DNA of 47,040 nucleotides, counting the filler, from an uncultured Methanosarcinales archaeon (GTDB lineage: Archaea; Nanobdellota; Nanobdellia; Woesearchaeales; UBA12501), in the NCBI GenBank assembly GCA_964397315.1. It is 10 parts of 10 records of this genome, joined end to end, with 100 filler letters (N's around TTAATTAATTAA, not from the genome) between each part and the next. Parts side by side here need not be neighbours in the genome. Positions count along the whole stretch, not along the records: positions 24,437 to 29,122 come from CAYNHV010000054.1; positions 29,223 to 33,644 come from CAYNHV010000055.1; positions 33,745 to 37,500 come from CAYNHV010000057.1; 7 more parts are not named here. One strand, given 5' to 3'. Each line of letters opens with the position of its first letter. Position 1 is the first letter of the stretch. Under the pieces are notes generated by a model. That model was not told where the DNA came from. It saw only the letters and a program-made list of their open reading frames with translations, and made no database searches. Positions 25,348-33,853 of the stretch are shown here, piece after piece. A program made the position numbers and the translations under genes.

Positions 25348-27000
25348 CTAAAGAGTTTTGTAAAGGTCTGTGAGGTTGAGCTCAAAGCACGCCACAGGGA
25401 CATCTATATCAAAATTATCCAGAACCTGCGGGGCCATCTCTCCTATATAAGCCACTTTTTCCTTGTTCACTATCCCCCGCCCCACCCTGCCTTTTATGAA
25501 TGAAGGATGGCTGTCTTCTTCTATCCCATAATCAAGGTCAAGCATCCTCATAAGATAATCAAACACCTGTTTTACGCTGGTGAAATCAGCCTTTTTTCCG
25601 CAGAGCGCGACGCAAAGCCGCACAGCTTCCTCCACCCCGCTTTCTGTTCTCCCCTTCTTGTCTTTCTTGAAGACAGAGCCGATATTGAATATGTTCTGGG
25701 GGAACTCATTATGCTTGTTGTCTCTCAGCACATTCAGGAGGCTCGGAACAACCCACGCCCGCAGGGAATTATACTCGCTGCTGACCGGGTCCACAAGCTC
25801 AACAACGCCCATGTCAAGATTGCAGTCCCTTGTCTGCATCTTCTTGTCAACAAGATTGTAGGTGTTGGTCTCTATAAGGCCCAGGCCGATAAGAATCTCC
25901 GCTGTCTTTCTGCAGAAAGCAGCGAACCCGTCCTCTTCTCCTATTGTTGCGACTTCAGGAACCTCTTCTTCAAAATTCTCGTAACCATAGGCTATTGCTA
26001 TGTCCTCCATCAAGTCTGCCTGGTGAAGCACATCCGCCCTGTAGGCAGGGACAGCCACAGCCCCCTTGTTGTAATCATACCCCATCCTTTCAAAAAGCTC
26101 TTTTAGCCTGGATTCCTTGAGGTCAACCCCCAGCATTTGGTTTATGTAAGCCCTGTTCACTTTCATCCTCCTTGGCTTGAGGTCTGGCGTTCTTCTCTTC
26201 TTGTCAGGATACACTAGCTCCATGGAGTAAACGCTCCCCCCCATGTCAGCCAGCGCTGTCACTATTATGTTCAGACATGTGCTCAGCACTTCAAAATTGA
26301 ATCCAGAGCATTCAATAAAAACCTCTTTCGTGCCCTCTGATATCTTTCCTGTCTCGTGGGAGTTTATTATGGGGGGGACAGAAAGAACCTTTCCTGCTGA
26401 ATCAATAAAGACAGGAAAAAGAGCCATTCCCTCCAGAAGCTTTCCGTATTCCCTGCCTGCTGGATGCTGGCTTAGCATCTGCCTGGCGGTCATCTCTCTC
26501 TGCGCTTCAAGAGGCGTGAACCTTATGCTCTCAGGCTTTTTTGCAGTGAATCTTATGGGGGGCTTTATCTTTTCGCAGGGATATATGCCTATTGCTGCCC
26601 TTTTTCTGTTTCTCCCGTAGGTTATGTGGAGCTTTTCCTGTATCTGCACCAGCTCCCTTATCTTTTCATCATCAAAATTCAGGTTCTTCACTATCGCGCA
26701 GGCGGTGTAGGGCCTGATGTTCTTCAGAGACCCATCTATGATGACCTTCTCTTTTGAATCCCTGACAGTGTACTTTCTTATGCCTTTCTTCTGGCCGATG
26801 AAGGCGGAGAAGGCTCTTGCAAACCCCTGCTCTGACAGCATATCAGGCCGATTGGGAAACACTTCCACGCGAATCTCGTTCCTGTCTACAGACTCCAGGT
26901 CTGTGCCGAGATAGCTTATCCTCTCCTTCATTCTTTCAAGGGGGATACTCTTTCCCGCCAGCTTCTCAAAAACTTTCCTGTTCAGTGTTATTGTTGGCAT
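25348..27000 (-). CDS. pheT: Phenylalanine--tRNA ligase beta subunit (archaeal type)
   Basis: Start MPTITLN, PNRPDMLSEQGFARA, QEKLHITYGRNRKRAAIGIY, VPAYRADVLHQADLMEDIAIAYGY. Confidence 0.96.
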   Translation of the reverse strand: MPTITLNRKVFEKLAGKSIPLERMKERISYLGTDLESVDRNEIRVEVFPNRPDMLSEQGFARAFSAFIGQKKGIRKYTVRDSKEKVIIDGSLKNIRPYTACAIVKNLNFDDEKIRELVQIQEKLHITYGRNRKRAAIGIYPCEKIKPPIRFTAKKPESIRFTPLEAQREMTARQMLSQHPAGREYGKLLEGMALFPVFIDSAGKVLSVPPIINSHETGKISEGTKEVFIECSGFNFEVLSTCLNIIVTALADMGGSVYSMELVYPDKKRRTPDLKPRRMKVNRAYINQMLGVDLKESRLKELFERMGYDYNKGAVAVPAYRADVLHQADLMEDIAIAYGYENFEEEVPEVATIGEEDGFAAFCRKTAEILIGLGLIETNTYNLVDKKMQTRDCNLDMGVVELVDPVSSEYNSLRAWVVPSLLNVLRDNKHNEFPQNIFNIGSVFKKDKKGRTESGVEEAVRLCVALCGKKADFTSVKQVFDYLMRMLDLDYGIEEDSHPSFIKGRVGRGIVNKEKVAYIGEMAPQVLDNFDIDVPVACFELNLTDLYKTL

Positions 27001-27001
27001 T

Positions 27002-27223
27002 TTACTCCTTTTTCTGGCCTCTCTCTTCTTCCTCCCCTTTTTTCCCTTCCTTTTTTTCTTTTTTTTCAGGAACCTTAAAGTTGGTATGGACAAAAATCAG
27101 CTCAGGCTCTCCCGGACCCCCTCCCATCCGTATCACCATATCGTTATCCTCTTTCTGTTTCTTAAGCTGTGTTATAAGCTTGTCTATGCTCTCGTTGCTG
27201 AGTGTTATCTGCATATTCTTCAT
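27002..27223 (-). CDS. Small hypothetical protein between pheS and pheT
   Basis: 73-aa ORF with GGTGA RBS, ATGA-coupled to the upstream gene and ending 1 nt before pheT. Confidence 0.55.
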   Translation of the reverse strand: MKNMQITLSNESIDKLITQLKKQKEDNDMVIRMGGGPGEPELIFVHTNFKVPEKKEKKEGKKGEEEERGQKKE

Positions 27224-27459
27224 TTTTTCACCACCCTTTTTATCATGTTGAGCACTGCAACTGCCGCCCACGCCAGCAGAAGCACTGAAAAGAAGAAAAC
27301 CCGCTTCTCATAAGTGTAGTAAGCTAGCAGAAGGGCCCCCGTAAGGTTCAGAAGGTTGAAAAGCCGGGAGCTTGTCTCTACCTTTCCGAACAGCACAGCC
27401 ACATAGGCTGAGAACAGGAGCAGCAGCCCCGCAAGCCCAAGCATCATTGGAATTTCCAT
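27220..27459 (-). CDS. Small three-TM membrane protein (CBU_0592-like)
   Basis: GLAGLLLLFSAY...LFNLLNLTGALLLAYY...FSVLLLAWAAVA. Confidence 0.7.
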   Translation of the reverse strand: MEIPMMLGLAGLLLLFSAYVAVLFGKVETSSRLFNLLNLTGALLLAYYTYEKRVFFFSVLLLAWAAVAVLNMIKRVVKK

Positions 27460-27477
27460 TCTTATTGCCCCCGCGTC

Positions 27478-29010
27478 TTATTGCCTCCACATCTTGATTT
27501 CTCTCAGCTGTCTGAGGTCGTTTGAATAAAGCTGCCTGATATCTGAGATATTGAAAAATTCAGAGATGCTTCTCTCAAGCCCCATCCCCCAAGCAAGCAC
27601 AGGAACCTCTTCTCCAAGAAGCGGCTTGACAACCTCAGGCCTGAAAATACCAGCGCCTGCAAGCTCAACCCACTCCTTTTTTACAGGATGGAACACCTCA
27701 ACTTCTGCCGAGGGTTCGGTGTATGGGAAATAGGCGGGCCGCACCCGGACCTTCTCATAACCCATCTTTTCAAAAAATTTTCTGAGATACCCTATAAGGT
27801 TTCTGAAGTTTGCATTTGGGTCAACCACTATGCCCTCCACCTGGTAAAGCTCAAAGAGATGCTGCCAGTCAAGGGCTTCGTTCCTGAAGCACTTTGCCAC
27901 AGAAAAGAATTTTGCAGGAAGATCCCCCTTTTTGAGCTGGGATATGGTTTTCGCGCTCAGGATTGTTGTGTGGGTTCTGAGGACGTTCTTTTTTGCCTCT
28001 TCAGGATCCCACTTATACCCCCACCCTCTGCTTTCTATGTCTCCTCCTCTCTCGTGCATCGCCTTTACGGCATTGGTTACCTTGCTGGCGGGCAGCTTTC
28101 CCTTGGCAGGATTTTTGACATAAAAAGTGTCCTGAAGCTCCCTCACCGGATGGTCCTGGGCTGTGAAAAGCGCGTCAAAGTTCCAGAAGGACGTGTCCAG
28201 CATGGGGCCGGCCATCTCCCTGAACCCCATGTCCAGCCAGACTCTTTTTATGTATTCTATGGTCTGGTTTATAAAATGCCTTTTGCCCCCCGAAATCTTA
28301 GGCACATCCGCCCTGATGTCATACGCCCTGAATCTTTTCTTCTTCCAAGCTCCGGTTCTCAGCATCTCCGGAGTAAGGCTGTCAACAAATCCTGAACTGC
28401 TGATGTTCTTTTCCTTTATCTTTTTTCCCAGATCTGTCAGGAATGCTTTCCGTGTCTTTTCCTTTTCCTCTTTAACAAGCCCCTTTCTTTTCTTAAGGCT
28501 TTCAAGGGCGAATCTTTCTTCAGGAGTCAGCCCGTCCTCTGTTGCGTTTTCTTTTTTGAGCTTGCTTAGGAGTTTTTCCTCAAGCCATTCCTTGTTAAGA
28601 AGCGCTTTTCCCTGCTTTGTTATCTCAAGGCGTCCGTTCTTTATCTCAACAGCCGCTTTTGATTTGAGCGTGCCAATGCACATATTAATCTCTTCGCTGT
28701 CAAGATCCAGTTTTGATTTTATGCGGCCTACAGGAAGGGCCCCCTGGCTTACCAGCTTCAGCACCCTCTTCTCAGGGAGGCCCTGCTGGGTACACACAAG
28801 CCCCCTGTTGCCGATTCTTATTAGCATCTCTTCCTCTTTCTTTATCTGGATGGCTTTCTTGTTCTCAAGCCACTGGAGAGCCCGCATGGCCTCTATCTCC
28901 CTGAGCCCTGTCTTTTTTGAGAGCTCCCCCAGTGTCATTCCGTCCTCAAGAACAGAAATAACCTTTCTCTCAAAGGAATGGAGGGTTTCTATTAGCTTAT
29001 CAGTGTTCAT
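27478..29010 (-). CDS. pheS: Phenylalanine--tRNA ligase alpha subunit (archaeal long form)
   Basis: FWNFDALFTAQDHPVRELQDTFY, LRTHTT, FRNE, YFPYTEPS, GAGIFRPEV and AWGMGLER. Confidence 0.97.
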   Translation of the reverse strand: MNTDKLIETLHSFERKVISVLEDGMTLGELSKKTGLREIEAMRALQWLENKKAIQIKKEEEMLIRIGNRGLVCTQQGLPEKRVLKLVSQGALPVGRIKSKLDLDSEEINMCIGTLKSKAAVEIKNGRLEITKQGKALLNKEWLEEKLLSKLKKENATEDGLTPEERFALESLKKRKGLVKEEKEKTRKAFLTDLGKKIKEKNISSSGFVDSLTPEMLRTGAWKKKRFRAYDIRADVPKISGGKRHFINQTIEYIKRVWLDMGFREMAGPMLDTSFWNFDALFTAQDHPVRELQDTFYVKNPAKGKLPASKVTNAVKAMHERGGDIESRGWGYKWDPEEAKKNVLRTHTTILSAKTISQLKKGDLPAKFFSVAKCFRNEALDWQHLFELYQVEGIVVDPNANFRNLIGYLRKFFEKMGYEKVRVRPAYFPYTEPSAEVEVFHPVKKEWVELAGAGIFRPEVVKPLLGEEVPVLAWGMGLERSISEFFNISDIRQLYSNDLRQLREIKMWRQ

Positions 29011-29067
29011 TATAAGATTCCTGAATAACAAGCTCCTTATTTAAAGCTTTTTGTTGCTTAAACAGGA

Positions 29068-29122
29068 TGTTTAAGTACATAATTAGTTCACACTCTTAAT
29101 AATACATTCTTTTTCCTTCTTT
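29068..29122. repeat. Diverged inverted copy of the family D element end
   Basis: TGTTTAAGTACATAATTAGTTCACACTCTTAATAATACATTCTTTTTCCTTCTTT is an imperfect reverse complement of 19621-19674. Confidence 0.75.
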
Positions 29123-29223
29123 NNNNNNNNNNNNNNNNNNNNNNNNNNNNNNNNNNNNNNNNNNNNTTAATTAATTAANNNNNNNNNNNNNNNNNNNNNN
29201 NNNNNNNNNNNNNNNNNNNNNNT

Positions 29224-29277
29224 TGATTTAGAATTAGTTGGTGCTATCTCATTTAGAAAATCCCTTCGGAGATACTG
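29224..29277. repeat. End of a collapsed multi-copy element (family E)
   Basis: TGATTTAGAATTAGTTGGTGCTATCTCATTTAGAAAATCCCTTCGGAGATACTG is identical at 33745-33798. Confidence 0.85.
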
Positions 29278-29353
29278 CTCTTACCGATAAATTTATATAT
29301 GGAACTTCACTTCTTTAAAAGCCCAGTGGGGGTTGGGAAAACAGGAGGTTGAC

Positions 29354-30472
29354 ATGGAAACCCCCAAAAACCCCAAAAAAGAAGGGCACAGGACACCCGG
29401 ATTAAAAGAGATTCTTAGTGAGGCAGATGAGCTAATCGAGCTGATCTCTCTTGGCCAGTATGTCCGTGACTCATCAGGCTACTGCGGTCTAAGCCCTCTT
29501 TCTGACTTCATCCGCGTGGACTTTGAAACAAGCAACATTGCTGGAGTCATGGAAAAATTCTCATCCTCACCTTCTGATGAGGTGGATGTTGCGGTCGGAA
29601 AAGACGGGGGCAGTTACATGGGTGTCATGTGCATGAACGTGAAAAAGCTGTTTGTTGAGAATGACAGGGTTGAAGTGACAAGAGAGTTCAGGGAGGGTCT
29701 TAGCAGTGTAATGACTGGCCTGCTTCTTCAGTTCATGGACCAGTTCGGGCTTGAGAAGTACACTACTGAGCAGCTTCACAAGAACATATTTCACAGGCTG
29801 AACGGAAAGATGCTGGACTATGAGATAAAGCTGGGAAGGCAGCAGCAGGATCCCAAAAAGGATGTTCTCCTCGTATCCTTTTCCTACCAGCCGGGAAGCA
29901 TGACACTGCACATAGACAACTCAGGAGTGCAGGAGGGTTTCACACAAGAAAGCCTGAAATATCTCAAGGACAAGTCTGTTTTTGAGTTGGAGAGGGCTGT
30001 GGGAAAGACAGAGATATTCTATGAAGAAGACACACTGGATAAATACCTCAAAGATGCAGGAAGCACAGCAGATCTCTGCCTGGAAATCATTGAGAATGAG
30101 GATTACAAGTCTCTTGCAGAGCACCTGAACAGGTTCTGCTGCGAGCATTACGATGCATTATGGGAGCCTGAGACAATAGCCGAGGAATCCAGCGTGAATT
30201 ATGTCAAAAGCATAAGCGATACAATGGGGTGCGTGCATTCCCTGGCCTCAACCATGGAATGCGTCCATGATACCGTGCTACTGAAGGAGAGACAAGGCAG
30301 GCTGAAAGAGGTGGCGGAAGACAAGCGCCACATGAAAGAGTACAGGGTGATGATGGAAAACGAGGTGCACAACCTTAAGTCCCTCGTTGAGCGCGCAAGA
30401 GGATCTGATGGAGGGGATGCTGAAGAAGCTCCTGTTCATGAGACTGAAAAAAGGCCCATAACCTACAACTAG
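29354..30472 (+). CDS. Hypothetical protein
   Basis: Long ORF with GGAGG RBS at 29344 and upstream TTTATATA; no recognised motif. Confidence 0.75.
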   Translation: METPKNPKKEGHRTPGLKEILSEADELIELISLGQYVRDSSGYCGLSPLSDFIRVDFETSNIAGVMEKFSSSPSDEVDVAVGKDGGSYMGVMCMNVKKLFVENDRVEVTREFREGLSSVMTGLLLQFMDQFGLEKYTTEQLHKNIFHRLNGKMLDYEIKLGRQQQDPKKDVLLVSFSYQPGSMTLHIDNSGVQEGFTQESLKYLKDKSVFELERAVGKTEIFYEEDTLDKYLKDAGSTADLCLEIIENEDYKSLAEHLNRFCCEHYDALWEPETIAEESSVNYVKSISDTMGCVHSLASTMECVHDTVLLKERQGRLKEVAEDKRHMKEYRVMMENEVHNLKSLVERARGSDGGDAEEAPVHETEKRPITYN

Positions 30473-31953
30473 AGCTCTTTCTTGTGCAGCTTCCAGAGAG
30501 CTGCATACACAAAATAAAGGCCTCCGCAGAGGTAGAAGAGAACGTTTGCGCAGAGGAACAGCACAAAGAAGAATGCCACGAGCAGCGGCAGCCCTGACGA
30601 GAGAGCGTTGACATAAAACCTTCCGATGTCCACTGAGAAAAGGAATATGTAATACGCGAAGAACAGGCTGACGATTAGGAAGATGAGGTATTTCACCAGT
30701 TTTCTTACTACAGGGATGCAAGCCATTATAAGAGCTGCAATGCCTGCTCCGGCTGCTATGGCAGCGTGCAGGCCAAGGCTGCCTGAGTTCAGGGCGTGGG
30801 TGGCTATGTCAACACCCCCCACTGAGCCGAGGGAGAGCTTCTTCATGCTGAACACAGGGTTAAGCGCAAGATAGGCTATTGAAGAGTAGAATACGAGGTA
30901 AACAGGCCTGGGCACATCCACCCTCTTTCTTGTGTAAAGCTCATACCATATGAAGGCAGGCCCGAGGAGCAGGAAAACCGCAGCTATGGAGTTAAGGGCA
31001 TAGCCGAGGATAGCGAGTGCCTTTGGCCATAATGACTGGAGTGAGGCAAGGGATGAGGATGCGAGGGATATTATTGTCTGATGGCCTGCGCCAAGCTCTG
31101 CAAAATAGCTTATTCTCTTTCCTGTCACATAAGGCAGGAGGAACACTCCCGCATCTGTTATTAGGTGGAGCACCAGAATGCCTGCCATGCCTGTCATTAT
31201 GGTGCGCCTTGAGTGGAAAAGCCTTATTGCATTCCTGTAGAAGCCAGAGCCCACATTGCCCACCCTGTAGATGAAGTTTGCAGTGTCAAACCTGCTGTAA
31301 TACTTCAGGAACACAAAGAAGTAGAAGAATATTGCTATGACAAGGATGGGGCTGTCAATCACCCATGCCAGCCATTCCATCACCAGGTTGAACACAAGTA
31401 TGAAGAATGCCACAAATATGACAAGAGACATGACAGTCCTTGCCAGCCTGTCTCCAGCACCCGAGGGAGGGCCCTCCTCATGTATCATGCCCATCAGGCT
31501 GGGCCTTCTAACCTCAAAGTTCAGCACCAGGTTCAGGGAGGCGATAAGGATGAGGATTATGGCTCCTGCATAGAATGTCCACATCTCAAAAGCAAGGGAG
31601 TTCTCTGCTATGAGCTGGTACAGGGGCACGAGGAATGAGTCTCCAGACGAGCCTATCTCTGCCAGGGCTGCTTTTGAGAATGCAACAAAGTTCTTCATTA
31701 TGAGCAGGAAATAAGCTATTATGAGAGACGCGTCTATCAGCCTGTCCTTGTAGCCGAAGAACACCTCTGTGAGGTCTGCCTTGTACAGGAGATAGCCCAG
31801 GGCAGCCCAGGAGACTATCTTCTTGACATAATCAAGGTCATGAGTCAGGAATCCTGAGAACTCAAGTATGTTGAGCAGTATAAGGAAGATAAGCAGCAGC
31901 TCTCCTGCTCCGAGCTCAAGCTTTCTCTCAACCTCTTTTATGCTTTCTCCCAT
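30469..31953 (-). CDS. Multi-pass integral membrane protein of unknown function
   Basis: About 12 hydrophobic segments; probable start MGESIKEV. Confidence 0.8.
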   Translation of the reverse strand: MGESIKEVERKLELGAGELLLIFLILLNILEFSGFLTHDLDYVKKIVSWAALGYLLYKADLTEVFFGYKDRLIDASLIIAYFLLIMKNFVAFSKAALAEIGSSGDSFLVPLYQLIAENSLAFEMWTFYAGAIILILIASLNLVLNFEVRRPSLMGMIHEEGPPSGAGDRLARTVMSLVIFVAFFILVFNLVMEWLAWVIDSPILVIAIFFYFFVFLKYYSRFDTANFIYRVGNVGSGFYRNAIRLFHSRRTIMTGMAGILVLHLITDAGVFLLPYVTGKRISYFAELGAGHQTIISLASSSLASLQSLWPKALAILGYALNSIAAVFLLLGPAFIWYELYTRKRVDVPRPVYLVFYSSIAYLALNPVFSMKKLSLGSVGGVDIATHALNSGSLGLHAAIAAGAGIAALIMACIPVVRKLVKYLIFLIVSLFFAYYIFLFSVDIGRFYVNALSSGLPLLVAFFFVLFLCANVLFYLCGGLYFVYAALWKLHKKEL

Positions 31954-32105
31954 TACCCAGCCTGAAATCACATTGGTTAATAAATATTTTGCCGGAAACA
32001 CATGCATATTCTGTCAATGGAAGGGCTGCCAGGATTTTTAAAACAATGACCTCATTACCATCATAATCATAAAAATCCGAGCAATCGCCTAACTGAAACA
32101 TAAAT

Positions 32106-32565
32106 GTTTCAAAACCAAAGGTTTTGGAACTAAGAAAATATGAAATATTTTCTGTTGTTGAGGTGTTGAAATCCGAAGGATTTCTTCCCCTTTGAGCAGA
32201 GCTCAAAGTATTTACGGACTTGCATTTTACTTGCAAATTCTGAAGAATTTGCAAGTCTGAAAATCCCAGACGCCTGACTAAGCGAAGCTTAGGCAAGTCT
32301 TATAATAAAAATTTGACCATTATCTTATAAGCAATTCCTATCCCCAACCTAAAGGTTGGGGTATTCTCGGAATTGCATTTTAGATGGTCAAATTTTTAGT
32401 CTTGAAAATGGTGCAGACGCACTAAAGTGCGGGATATTAAACCCATATGAAAATGGCTTTGCGCCATTTTCAATAATTTCGACTTCAGTCTGAATTATAT
32501 TTAAGCCTAAGAGTCGGGATTTTCTTTAAACCCGTATGAAAATGGCTTTGCGCCATTTTCAATAA
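32106..32565. repeat. Mosaic hairpin (MITE/REP-BIME-like) element, locus 2
   Basis: Same modules as 19167-19520 in a different order, with a short TIR-bounded unit at 32302-32400. A 38-nt hairpin-containing direct repeat lies at 32439-32476 and 32528-32565. Confidence 0.85.
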
Positions 32566-32632
32566 ACATCTGCCTATTTTGATATCAAAACTTTTATAAA
32601 ACAGGGTGGTAATATGGCTTCTGGTGATTCAG

Positions 32633-33466
32633 ATGCAGTCAATAAAGCTTAAAAGCGGAAACTCAATCCCTGTCATCGGGCTTGGAACCTGGCAGCTTCT
32701 CAGCGAAACGTGCTATAATACAGTAAAAAATGCCCTTGAGCTGGGCTATAATCATATTGACACTGCAGAGGCCTACGAGAACCAGAGGGAGATAGGGCTT
32801 GCAATGAGGGACTCAGGAATTGACAGGTCAGAGCTTTTCATAACATCAAAAGTGTGGCGCGACAACCTTGACTATTATGATGTCATAAAGTCATGTGACA
32901 GCACATTGAAGGACTTGCGGACAGATTATGTTGATCTTCTTCTCATCCACTGGCCCAACAAGGACGTTCCCCTGGACCAGACAATAGCTGCAATGGCAGA
33001 GCTTTACAGGCAGGAAAAGATAAAGTCATTCGGTGTCAGCAATTTCACCATCGCCCACCTTAAGGAAGCGATCCCTCTTGCGGAAAAGGAAGGGCTGCCC
33101 TTAAGCGTCAATCAGGTGGAGTTCCACCCCTACCTCAACCAGAAAGAGCTTCTTGATTTCTGCAGGGAAAATGGCATAACCCTGACAGCTTACTCCCCTC
33201 TTGGGAGAGGCAGGATTGTAAATGACAATACTCTCAAGAAGGTTGGGGAAAAGCACGGCAAGAGTTCTGCACAGGCTGCCCTTAGATGGCTTCTTCAGAA
33301 GGGCATGGTTGCCATACCAAAGACAGGGAACGAGGCCCACTTGAAGAGCAATCTTGAGCTGTTTGATTTTGAGCTTTCAGACGATGAGATGGAAGAGATT
33401 GACAGCCTGAACAGGGATGAGAGGATACTCAATCCTGAGTTCGCAGAGTTTGACAGGCAGCATTGA
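32633..33466 (+). CDS. Aldo/keto reductase (DkgA/B-like)
   Basis: IPVIGLGTW, GYNHIDTAEAYENQ, LFITSKVW, DLLLIHWP, GVSNF, NQVEFHP and AYSPLG. Confidence 0.95.
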   Translation: MQSIKLKSGNSIPVIGLGTWQLLSETCYNTVKNALELGYNHIDTAEAYENQREIGLAMRDSGIDRSELFITSKVWRDNLDYYDVIKSCDSTLKDLRTDYVDLLLIHWPNKDVPLDQTIAAMAELYRQEKIKSFGVSNFTIAHLKEAIPLAEKEGLPLSVNQVEFHPYLNQKELLDFCRENGITLTAYSPLGRGRIVNDNTLKKVGEKHGKSSAQAALRWLLQKGMVAIPKTGNEAHLKSNLELFDFELSDDEMEEIDSLNRDERILNPEFAEFDRQH

Positions 33467-33744
33467 AAGGGAGCAATGAGATGCACGGCGGGGTTCCAGT
33501 ACGCGCAAGCCGTAGTTTCCCGCTAGTGTGTTTCCGCAGCCTCATGCTCTATAGAAGTTCTCATTTTAAGGTCTCCTTTTGGGAAGCACCGAGGTTGGTG
33601 CGAAAATAGTGTAATAAAATAAGGGCTTTTGCCCTTATTAGTGTNNNNNNNNNNNNNNNNNNNNNNNNNNNNNNNNNNNNNNNNNNNNTTAATTAATTAA
33701 NNNNNNNNNNNNNNNNNNNNNNNNNNNNNNNNNNNNNNNNNNNN

Positions 33745-33798
33745 TGATTTAGAATTAGTTGGTGCTATCTCATTTAGAAAATCCCTTCGGAGATACTG
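33745..33798. repeat. End of a collapsed multi-copy element (family E)
   Basis: Identical to 29224-29277. Confidence 0.85.
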
Positions 33799-33853
33799 TC
33801 ATAACAGCAATATTTAAATATTTGATAAGACTATTCGCGTCTGAGGGGGTTTT

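Noticed and set aside
27001..27093. Lys/Arg-rich N-terminal extension of PheT in the ORF track
   Set aside because: It is an alternate-frame read of the upstream small gene. Archaeal PheT begins MPTI at 27000.
31928..32296. 122-aa minus-strand ORF
   Set aside because: It runs through the palindromic repeat element and overlaps the start of the membrane-protein gene, so it is probably spurious.
33480..33644. GC-rich stretch and hairpin (TAAGGGC-TTTT-GCCCTTA) after the aldo/keto reductase, considered as a tRNA or ncRNA
   Set aside because: No cloverleaf or recognisable RNA family motif. It may be a terminator or the edge of another repeat, but the evidence is insufficient.
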